DNA of 64,000 nt, taken from positions 430,272 to 494,271 of the forward strand of contig NW_005434614.1 of assembly GCF_000315625.1 (NCBI RefSeq), written 5' to 3'. Positions within the stretch are counted from its first letter, which is position 1; the number at the start of each line of letters is the position of its first letter. Source of the stretch: Guillardia theta CCMP2712 (Eukaryota; Protista; Cryptophyta). The notes under the pieces are model-generated. The model saw nothing but the letters and a program-made list of their open reading frames with translations. It did not search any database and had not been told where the DNA came from. Positions 27,494-38,600 of this stretch are shown here, in pieces. The translations under genes were made by a program, and so were the position numbers.

Positions 27494-29353
27494 CAGAGCA
27501 GTGTACTCGACGTCAAGTTGCTAAGCTGGTCAGTTTCCAGCTGAGCACAGATGATAATGTGATGTGATGTCGGGTAACGTCGAGGATGAGGGTGTGGAAG
27601 GGCTCGGTAGTCTGGTACTGGGACGGCTCGAGATTGCCGGTGTCGTGGACGACGCTGATGTATGGAGGGAGGTGTGGGGGAGAGTTTATAAGGCCCTCGA
27701 AGCGGTGTAAGATCGGGGCAGGAGAATGGTCGGGCAACGGATAAGCGTTAGGATAGCCTCGTGACAGACTCGATCTCGAGATTATGTATTGTAAAATCCG
27801 TTTGGATCGCAAAAATCTACTTTGTCTGAGGCCCCATGCGATCCCTTCTTGCGACTGAGTACTTTCTGGATAGACTTTTGAAGAAGGTATACGTTAAACT
27901 AGGTATACGGCATACGTTACATTCGTTTGGATAGCATGCTTTCCAATAGCTCGGTTCTCAATCGTTTCAAAACTCCATCTTTTCAAGAGAGGCGTTGAAA
28001 TTTCAAAGAGTTGCTCATTTTACTGACACGGATTCCAACGGATGGCATGACTGATAGCTAGGGGGCAGCAGCGTTATATCTTGGAAGATCGATTTGATGC
28101 CTCGCAAAGTTGAGTAAAGTCTTTGCTCTGGCGTAACGCAGCGTGATGACCGTTGAAACCTGATCATTGAATGCTTCCCATACATGCTGAGTCGTTGAAA
28201 ACAACAACGAAACTTGAGAATGCATAACATCAACAGTTGAAAAACATTGAACAAATGCTTCAATTAAAACACGAACATCATTGACACATGAATCAAGAAA
28301 AAACACAAGGCGAATATACATAACAATGCAAAAATCTTTATTCAAACAAGGACCCATCTAACAAAAGCCCCTTGTCTGCCAAATAAGCCTAGAAGCACAC
28401 CGCTCCACTCGATCGCACCCCCACAAGTAGCACAACCGCCCCTGCCCCCTGCTGCTGCTTCCTCCCCCCAGGCTTCTTCTCTCCCCGGAACGCCTTCCAT
28501 CGCACCACCTCGTACTCCATCCTTGCGGCCTTCCCTCCTCCCTTCTCCCCTCGGCTCCTCCGAGACGTCTCCCCATGGCCCTTCACGCCCCTCGCCTCCT
28601 CTGCCCGGTATCGACACATCCGGAACATCTCGCAAGGCCTGCCCTCACCCGTCATCCCTCCCCCCTCCGCCCGTCCCTCCGTACTCACACTCGGTTAGTC
28701 GACCTCGTCGCCGCCTTGAGGTATCGTCCAAGCCGCTCCTGCTCTGCCGGGTGTACCAGGAGGTCCAGCGTCACCTCCTCCTTGAGGTCCCCGTACCATG
28801 GCGCCGCCTCCACGTACTCCCGCATCCCTCGCCCCATCCACCTGCCCATCGCAAGCCTCCCTGTCAGCTCCTCCCCCTTCCTCTCCTCTCGTGGCCCTAC
28901 CGGATCGCTCCTGTCTCCGTCTCGACCTCCACCACGAGCATGCATCCCGCTCGCCGCATCCCTGGTCGACCCTTTAGCCCGAGCGCTTCCCTCCCAGTGC
29001 TCCCGCTCACCTTCCCGAACCGTGTCCGACGACACCCCCGACATGTAGGACCTGCAGCCCCACGACGCGTCAGCCTCCGGCAGCCCCTGGCCGCACTGCT
29101 GCTCGCACGCCTTCCTCGCTCTACCTGACGAGCTTCGAGGCCCCCTCGAGGATCTGGAACAGCGATCGCCCAGACGGCGTCAGCGCTCGCGGTTGCCGGG
29201 CCTCCCCGGCGTCTGCCGATGACGAGCGTGAGTGAGGTGCACAGAGGGCAGAGAGAGAGCGACTGCGGGCCTGCACGTACCGAGAGGAGGGAGGAAGGCG
29301 TCGAGCTGCCTTAGAAGCTCCTTCTGGGAGCTGCGAACGCGCTGCTTCTTCTC
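26041..29353. repeat. Near-identical ~970-bp direct duplication, 26041-~27010 versus 28389-~29353
   Basis: Base-by-base identity apart from a handful of substitutions and one 5-bp indel; includes introns. Confidence 0.95.
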
Positions 29354-29725
29354 TGCCATCTTTCGCTTGTTTCGGAGAGTGCATGTAGTGGCCGCGGAGG
29401 ATTCTTGGTATGCCGATTCTTTGTTGGGCTGTTCATCAACCCACCGCCAAGCTGTTATTCCTGCTTGGGCATACGGACTTTCGGTTTCACTGACTAGAGA
29501 GTCGCTTCCTGATATCTCTGAGAAGCTTTCAACTTGGAGCCGAATCATGCACCTTTCCTCAGCGTCGCAAGGGTTCTGGCTGGAGTTCAGACCATGTAGA
29601 GATATGTCTGATTCATTGAGCTCGTCAGGATCGTCGAACATGAACTCGAGAGTGTAATCTGTCAATGCCTGCTGGGTATGACCGATGAAGCTATGCGTCA
29701 AATGCTCCTCCGTATCAATCATCAC
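28389..29725 (-). CDS. bHLH-PAS-like transcription factor, copy B
   Basis: Same bHLH and PAS-like exons as copy A (KRKMAEKKQRVRSSQKELLRQLDAFLP); different acidic N-terminal exon; stop at 28389. Confidence 0.65.
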
Positions 29726-30189
29726 ACTCCGCCCTTGTTGACCTGCGCCCCAACGGCGGAGAGGAGATTGTTTTTATATCCCCCGCCCCCCACAAATCAT
29801 CCGGCTGTTAGGATAAGACGTGCGTACATTATGCAGTCGGTTGATTAAAATTTTAAGAGGTCGCTCATGTTACGACACTCAACCGACGAGTGCTATCCGT
29901 TAAGATCTCGAGGGGATCATGATGCGTTCGCGAAAAGAGAGTGTTTCGGATGTCCTTTTCCTGTCAGTCACGGTCATCGGTTTTCCGTTGGACCCCTGTT
30001 TCCCTACAGTTGAGACGGGGTTTTATTGCCCCCTCTTCCGTTGCCCCCCCGTTGGAGGCTTGTCTGGTTCATTATCCCAACTTACATGACAGTACGTGAT
30101 TCGAAAACAAATGTTTTCGAAAAAGCAAAGTGCTGATAAAGGCAAGAAGGGGACTGGTGCAGAGGCAAGCTTTCGACGTGAGGAGGAGG

Positions 30190-31070
30190 CGATGAGCGAT
30201 GGTATCATTCCTAATACTTTCCCCTTTCTTGATACAAGATCATCATCGGTGTGCTGAACCTTTCACAGAGCTGAGATGATCGACGACCTTCTCTGTCAAG
30301 CTAAAAAGAATCTAGTCGTGAAAAAGCCAGATATGTTGATGTATGTTGTCCGAGCATAGAGTGCAGTGTAGCTGATAAACAATCTTCTGACCTAAAGTAA
30401 GCAATGGAACCAAATTTAGAGCTCCATCAACCAGAACCAGCCATCAACTCTGAGAGCAATGCTGAGGAACTACTCAAAAAGCTCGAGGAGGTCCTGAAGA
30501 CTCGAGGTGACTGAGCTCTTGGAGCCATCAGTATCTGACCATCATGTCAAGATCTTTCGTGTGTCAATCTCCTTCAATCCAGCGAGCTCAGCCCGCAGGA
30601 TGAAGTACTTCGAGACGCCTGCGAGGTTCTGAGGTATCAAGACATCCCTCCAATCCCCCCCCCCAACACCCCCCCCCCCCGTCTCACTCCTCTGCAGCAG
30701 GTTGGCCATCCAAAATGAGGAAGAGCACGGCGGCTCGGGCGGGAGCTCAGTCTCCTTTCAGCAGGGTAAGACCTCTTGCTAGCGCATGCGAGTGCCTTGT
30801 GCAAGGGTGCGCACGTCGATTTGCCTCCTAGCAGCTCCCCGTGGAGCTGACGCGTCCCTGTTCCCAGGTTTGCTGACAAGCTCCGAGATGCTGGTTTTCA
30901 CCGCACGGCTGCCGCTATGGACGATCATGTTCAAGGATAAGCTGTCTAGTTGAGACCTGACTTGCTCGCTCCCAGGGATATGGGGAGAGGAATGAAGGAG
31001 TTCACCGCCAACGTGCCATGGAGGAACGAGATGGAGCTTCGGCTGCCGCAGCTGATTCACCCGGGTGACA
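30190..31070 (+). CDS. Small multi-exon hypothetical protein
   Basis: Short coding-like exons (NAEELLKKLEEVLKT; FADKLRDAGFHRTAAAMDD) bounded by GT/AG; no family recognised. Confidence 0.3.
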
Positions 31071-31404
31071 AGAAGGAGCTCGAGAGCCTAGCTGGAGACA
31101 GAGCTGAAGGGGGGCAGAGAAGGTGACTCAAGTCAGAGGAGAGGAGGAGGAGGAGGAGGATGAAAAGGAGGAGGGAGAGGAAGAAAAATGGTGATGTCGG
31201 GTTTTGCAGGAGCAAGCTTTCTCTACGCATGATGCACTACTCCGTGGAGGAAGTGCCCGACGACGAGGACCCCAGCCTTCTTCGGCGGGTCTTTGGTTGT
31301 CAGTTCGTCCACTTTGCTGTTTCTGCGGTGCGATACTCGGCAGAAGGAGGGGGGGCGGCGTTTCTGATGGTATGCGAGGAGGAAGGAGTAGTGAATCAGC
31401 TGCA

Positions 31405-32553
31405 TTAAAGTTGACCTGGGGCCTGCAGCTTGTATCCTTTCGCTCGCTTGCCCTCCACCCGCAGCGTCCTCCCGTGTCTCTTCTCCCTTACTTCTCGGCG
31501 CTTCCTCCTCTTTGCCCGCAGGCGCTTGTAGTACTGCCAGCGAGCAATGCAGATTACGGTCAGGGTGACGAACAGGGCAAGCAGCGCCAGGCACGCGACC
31601 ACCCAGGGGGCAAGGAAGGAGCAGGCACGTCCGATCCATCCAGACTTGCAGATGCAGACTCCCTCCACGTCGCAGACGCCATGGCCCGAGCAGATCTTGG
31701 GCGGCAACGGCCCGCCAGGACAGAGGATGCTGCAGCTGTAGTTTCGGTAGGCCACCTCGCACAGACAAGTCCCATCCTCCAGGCAGTTGCCGTTGCCGTT
31801 GCATGGGTCTGCCGCTCCCCCGTCGCACTCCCGCTGGCAGGCAGACAGGCGGTACCCGCTGTCGCACGTGCAGTTGCCGTCCTGCAGGCAGCGCCCGTGC
31901 CCCGAGCACACGTTGGTCGCTCCTCCAAGGCACTCAACCTGGCAACCTCCTCCTCTCCAGCCCGAGTCAACGTTGGCTGGCATCCCGTACTGGCAGTCAC
32001 AAGTTGCGTCTGCTCGGCAGTATCCGTGCCCGCTGCAGGAAGAGGTGTTGGCGGGATGGACGTTGGAGGGACACTCGAGCTCGCAACCGACGCCTCGGAA
32101 GCCGCTGTTGCACACACAAGCTCCGAGGGGGAGGGGGAAACTCTGCAAGAACAAATCAGCACAGCGACAGAGGAGCAAGGAGGGGAGAGGAGACTGAGAA
32201 GGAGAGCAACAGCAGCACAATCAAGAAGCATGTAGGACTGAGGAGACTGAGAAGAAGAGCAACAGCAGCACAATCAAGAAGCATGTAGGACTGAGGAGAC
32301 TGAGAAGAAGAGCAACAGCAGCACAATCAAGAAGCATGTTGGACCGAGATCAGTGGCCATCCGTTTGTCTTCAGGAACCTCGAGCCTCCATCCACAAGAA
32401 TGTCCTTGAGATTCTGCAGGCAGACGCCATGCTCAAAGCAGACCCCGGCCCCCTCCTCGAAGCCCGGGCACGACAGTCGGCAGTCCAGCCCGGCATATCC
32501 GATGTCGCACTTGCAGGTAGCGCTCCTAGAAGCAAAGCAGGTCACACAAGAAC

Positions 32554-32625
<72 letters not shown>

Positions 32626-32627
32626 GA

Positions 32628-32693
<66 letters not shown>

Positions 32694-35600
32694 TTCCTTA
32701 CACGTTGGACTGGTCGTGGTAAACGTCGCACGTGCCTCGTCCCGAGCATTCCCAGCCACTGGCTCCAGTGAAGACCATGGAGTCCTGGCCGGGGCAGAGG
32801 AACCTGCAGTCATCTCCTCTGTACCCGTAGTAGCACGCGCATGATCCGTCGGAGAGGCAGACCCCGTTGAAAGAGCACGGCTTTCCTACCTCTCCCTTGC
32901 ACTTGATGCTGCAGTCAGGGCCCGTGAAGCCGACGTTGCAGGAGCAGGTAGCGTCTGGGAGGCAGAGCCCCTTCCTCGAGCACGGGTTGTCCCATCCCCC
33001 TGGGCACTCTAGCTCGCAGCTATCGCCCGTCCAACCTGTCTTGCAGACGCAGGTTCCGTCACCGATGCACCCTGATTGGACTGTCCCGTGCTCGCACTTG
33101 GAGCAGTTGTCACGGATCAGGCTGATCGCCTGCTCTACAAGTGCAGCTGTCGCGGCGTCTGGCCAGGAGGAGCCGTCCGTGGGAGATCCTCGCTGTTCGT
33201 TGATGAAGCTTGCAAGGTCTGCTGCTGAGAGACCAGAAGTGTCTGCCCAGATTGTGGTGCTGGGAGCAAGACGAGTCAGGAGACAGCAAGTGAGGAGAGG
33301 AGAGAACGAGAGAGGTACGCGAGAAGAAAGAACAAAGCAAGGGTAGGAGAGATCAGGAACAATATGTTCTTACACATCCACAAGTCGCAGGCCCGTGAAG
33401 AAGGCGATCGCTTTGAAGTCACACGATTGACATTCTCCGTTGAGTCGCGCCCAGGGCCCGGGAAGTCGCTCAGAGGGGTAGGACGGGTTGACCCTCAGCG
33501 TGGAGTAGAACTCTTGTGCTGTTTGTTGCCCGTCAAGTCCCCTCCTGCGATCAGAATGTCAAATTTTGAACATCAATCATCAACTCTAATCACTCTTGCA
33601 GCTTCGTCCAGATGTTCTGCAGCTCTTGGAGGCTGAACAAGCCGTCGCCGTTGAGGTCATAGACACTCGCGCACGACAATATGTCGGTCTTTGAGATGTT
33701 GGAGAAGACCGGAGGAAAGAACACAACGATGTTGCACAGATCGACGATGTCGCCATTCGAGACCTCAGTGCCGTACACGATGAACTCAAAGAGAGGAGAG
33801 AGGGAGGGAAACATTGTTCCGACCTCGATCAGATATCTCATGACTCTGTACATGTCAAACTCAAGAGGCCAGTCCGTCTCCCATGTGCAGACAGCGCTGC
33901 CCGAGCAATCTTGCTGACCGCCCGGGCATGTGGCTCCCACGTTGGTCTCATTGCAGGTGCTGCCAGCGCAGAACAACAAACAGCCTGTGGCATCTGAGAA
34001 ACTTTGCCACGTGCTGGGTGGTCCTGAGCCAACACAAACTCGCTCCCCCGTCCTCGTCCCTTGGCAGATCGGACGAGCGTCAGCTCGGATGCTTGCCTCT
34101 GCTAAGAGGATACTGTTGAAGTTCCACCCAGCAAGAACTGTGATGACGTCCTGAAGTCTGTGCATGAGCATCGTTGCCTGTCCTCACTGTTAGAGGGCTC
34201 AAGATCCTTCACCTCCTCCCTTCACCTTCGCCTCGTCTCCGTGACCCGTGCACGCATTTTCAGCTCCTCCCATGCACGTGATAGAGCAGTCCCTGCCTCT
34301 CCTTCCCTTGTCGCACACGCAGACTCCGTCCCAGTAGCAGAGCCCCTTGACTGCCGTCAGCATCGCTAGAGTCACGTGAGTTCTTCACCTGATCCGAGCA
34401 CGCGACGCTGTTGACTCCCTTGGGACAAGCTGTCCGGTACTCGCTCTATGTGCACAAGTCACAGAAGAGAAGAAGAAGGAGGAGACGGAGAAGGAGAAGG
34501 AAGAGAAAGAAGAAGAAGATGGAGAAGGAAGAAAAGAGGAAAGAAAGGTGGAGAGGAAGGAGAAGCGGAAGGGGAGAGGAGGGAGGAAATTAAGAGCAGA
34601 GGTGAACAAGAAATGCCTGCATGTCAGCTGCTGAGATTTGAATGATGTCATACTGCGGAAACGCCTGCAGCCCCAACAGGAGGAAAGGGATTTTGTGATC
34701 TTCAAAGTTTCCTAGACCGAGCTGACCCTCTTGGTTGCTGCCCATCACGTACAGTCGAGGTACGAAGACGATCTGTCCTGGTTTGCCCAGCTCCATGCGC
34801 TGTCTGGCAAGCAGAAGCGAGTGGGAGTCTCCTCCTACAGCCATCACTGCATCCGATCCGAACCGCTCGAAGTCTGCCTCGGAGACGCAGGGGATAGGAG
34901 GCTGCCCGCTTGCTATGAGCGTGGCATCTGTTTCAGAAGCCTGCGGTACAAGTTTGAGCCTCTGGCCCCCGCAGCAAAGTCTCACCTGTCCAACATCGTA
35001 GAACGCTGAGCTGCAGACTGTCGAGCTCGACCTCAGCTGGCGAACAAGCTGGGGGGCTACATGGTAGAAGAGCCCGTTCCCTCCTGCTCTCAGGTTAGCC
35101 CGAGAGGAGCTCGAAGAGATCGGCGGCGACCGTCATCCAACGCTAAAGGAACTCCCAGCTGACCCTTTGAATTGTCGCCCCAGCTGTAAACATCTCCTAG
35201 CTCTGAGATCGCCAGGCTGCGAGCTAGAATCAACCGTCAAGACAGCAGGCAACCTGCTGGACCTGTGCCGACTTCCTGCTGCCACTCCAACGATTCGAAC
35301 TTTGATAAGGGGCTCGACTAGAGACGGCGTCAACTGCAGCGACAGGCTGTCAGGACAAGTTTGCCTCCAGTTGAAGGAAGAGAGATCAGACGAGGTAGAG
35401 CAGGAGCAGCAGCAGCAGCAGCAGGAGCAGCAGCCTGGACCTGATCGAAGAGTCCGCTAGAAGAATCCGTTCCTACCCCCACGTAGCAAACGCCTGCTGC
35501 TCCCTGATCCCTTACGATCGAGTTGCACAGCCCCAGCTGAAAGTGGCCCTGTCAACTCGATCTTGACGTCCTCCCTCCACGAGCCTCACCTGCCCGTAGT

Positions 35601-38600
35601 GGTTCCAACCCCACGCGTACAACCTGCCGTCGTCCGCGAGAGCGAGAGAATGGTAGAGCCCAGCTGCCACCTTGACAAACCTCACCTCGACTGTGATCCG
35701 TGTCAACCCGATGACCACTCACAAAAACCCGCAGGCGGGCGGGCGGGCGGGCGGGCGGGCAGGCAGGCAGGCAGGAAGATGGAAGGAGGAAGGAAGGAAA
35801 GAAGGCAGGAAAGAAGGCAGGGAGGGTGTACCTCCTCCAGCCATGACTTTGACTCTTTGAGGAGCTCGTCTTGTCACCCGATCGTTGAGCCCCAGCTGAA
35901 ATCTCATTAGCTGGGTCTAATAGCTGACTGGCTCCGCACCTGGCCCTTGTTGTTGTAGCCGCACGAGTAGAGATGCCCCGAGGAAGCGACTAGAAGACTG
36001 TGAGCGTATCCGGCAGCTGCCTCCACCACTTGCTCCCCCAGGCTGTAAAGCTGATCGTTCATGGAGGGGCTGGAAACTGTCGGAGCCATCATTGCCGAGC
36101 CCAGGCCCAGCTGGACAAGCTTGTTATGTCTCCACAAGCGCAGGAGCGACTCACCTGCCCGAACATGTTCCAACCCCACGTGTAGAGTAGACCGTCGGAA
36201 GTCCAGGCGAGAACATGAAAGGATCCAGCAGCTATGCCGGTGACGTTCTCCTGTTCGAGACGATCAGGTGTAAAGGTCAAGGGAAGAAGGACGAATGCTT
36301 TCAGTAGAGCAAGAGGAGCCATGCAGGACAAGCCAGAAGCAAGACGATAATCAAGAATGAAACTTGCCTGATCGATGTTCTTCGTGCAGACGATCAGCCC
36401 TTCCGAGCTGAGCACCTGACGGCAACAAGTCCTGATAATGCTCGGCACACTCTTGCTCTTGTAGTCGCCTGTCCCCAGCTGACCAAGGTAGTTGTCACCC
36501 CACGTGTAGACCTTTCCTACTAGCGGCATCGTCCCTGGCGCGTCCCTGAACGTCTCCCTAGCGATCGCGACGCCGAAGGTCTTGCCCAGCACAAATGCTG
36601 CCACGTCCTTCCCCTCCAGCGCAGAGACTGGGGTAGGGCTGAGCTCGCAGTTGCTGCAGGAGGGCGAAGTTTGGTTGTGCCCAAGGTTCAGCCACTCGTT
36701 GACGCCGAAGGAGAAGGGTTGGCGGACGCCATTGAACTTGAGGTAAGGGCCGCTGTAGCTGACGATGAAGTCTGCCGAGTCAATGAAGTTGTCTCCTATA
36801 CCCGGGCTCAGCGGGACGGCAAGCAAGGAACCGTCCTTGATGAGGGTGCAGATGGTTCGAGGGCTGGACTTCTGGCCGTTGACAGCGACTTCAATGCTGA
36901 CACGTCCGTGCGTTGAGACGCTGGGGGTGCGGCAGAGGATGACAGTCTCGCTGATATAGGTCGCTTCTGTTGCCTGCAGTTCTTCTCCAAACCTGCACAT
37001 GAGCTCGGAGGTGTTGCGGAAGTACTTGCCGACGATGGTAAGAGTGACGCCGCCGTAAAGAGGGGAGGAGAGAGGAGATACCGTATCGATCACCCAAGGG
37101 AGGGAGTAGTAGAAGAGAGTAGAGCTCTCTGAAAAGTCCTCACTGTTCAAAGAGACTCTGACGTTGACTGGGGACAGGTAGGAGTCAGGAGTTGATAGGT
37201 TAGCTAAGAAGAGCATCGGAGGAAAGCGAGCGACAAGGCTGAAAGTGTCCAGGAATTTCACGTAAGGAGCAAGACATGTCTCGTTGAAAAACCTCCCGCA
37301 TATGTTCTGATCGCTCACCCTGACCACCAAGTCCTCAGTGTCGACAAACCCTTCTCCGATGAGTGTGATGGTTGTGTTGGAGAAAAAGTCTCCAACGTCA
37401 GGATGAATGTTGGTGAGGTTGATGAGCTCATGGAACCTGTACTTGCTGTCTTGCAGAGTCTGCTGACACATGTAGTAAGGATATGCGGGTGTGCTGGTGT
37501 CGTCCAGACGACATTCCTGAGCATAGCTGGGGACCTGAACCCAGTGCTCGCCGTTCATGGTAACGAACATGACGTTTTCTTCGTACACGCCAACGTCAGG
37601 GTTGACAAGAGAAGAAGAGGACTGGTTGGGAAAGTTGCACTCGAGTATCTCCGAAGACAACTCAAATGGGTCCCAGGCACACATGAAGTTGGCTGGCAGG
37701 CAGATCGATCGGCGATATCCGGGGACAAAGTCGTTGCGAAACATGCCGGGAGGGACTGGGAGGCCGTTGCAAGGGATGGGGGAACGAGGGCAGGAGGGGT
37801 TGTAAGGGCGCTTGATGAGGCAATCTTGTAGCTTCTGGTCCCTGATGAGGGTGGAGGGCCGGAGGAGGAGGACGCTAGGAGGGAGGCAGGTCAGCATCGT
37901 GGAGTTGTCGACAGTCAGAGGCGTCGGTCGCTGTGGGTAGAAGAGGCAGGAAGCTCGCTGGTCAGGATCAGATACGAAGAAAGTCCCGCGGATGACCGTC
38001 AGGTTTCCCCCCGTCTCGGGCCCGATGGTGGGAGAGAAGGAGGTCAGAGTCCACATGGCGACGTAGCGGAAGCTGCCGCAGTAGAGCTTGGAGATGTAGG
38101 AGAGGTCGTTGGTGCGCATGAACAGCCCCCACTGTAGCGATTTCTCAGCGCAGGAAAAGCGAGAGGGATCGGAGAGGGAGACGTAGTTGATGCCGTCCAG
38201 GGAGAGGGAAACGTTGAAGGTCCAGACAGCAGGAAGGTACTGCGAGCCTAGTGAGTCAGGAATGGCCCTCCAGATCTTGGGGAAGCGAGCGATGAACTGG
38301 TTGTTGTCGACCACACGCGGAGCAAAACACTTCTGCCTCCTGCTGCCCTGCCGGATGTTGAGAGCGTACGAGGGCCCGGCCGAGGCTTCAAGGAAGCAGT
38401 CAAGGAGAGGCGACAGACCGGAAGGAAGGAAGCCGTCGCCTGTGAACGTGACCTCGGTGTTCTCGATGTACGGGCCGACGGCAGGAGAGATCTTAAGGAT
38501 GGTAGGAGGTCGATAGAGGAGGATAGGAAGGGGGTCAAACTGCCCCTCCTGCTGCTCCCGCTGACTCCAGTGCTGCCCGTCCAACGTGACTTGGAGCTCG

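Noticed and set aside
26041-29353. The ~970-bp direct repeats as LTRs of a retroelement
   Set aside because: The repeats contain spliced coding exons, lack TG..CA ends, and enclose no gag/pol
32187-32339. Regularly spaced repeats (53-bp here; also 34-bp at 21443 and 28-bp at 25228) as a CRISPR array
   Set aside because: Head-to-tail tandem units with no unique spacers, no cas genes and a eukaryotic context
32526-32749. PolyQ/polyL/polyA protein from the CAG tract
   Set aside because: The tract sits within a GT-AG intron between EGF exons of the giant gene
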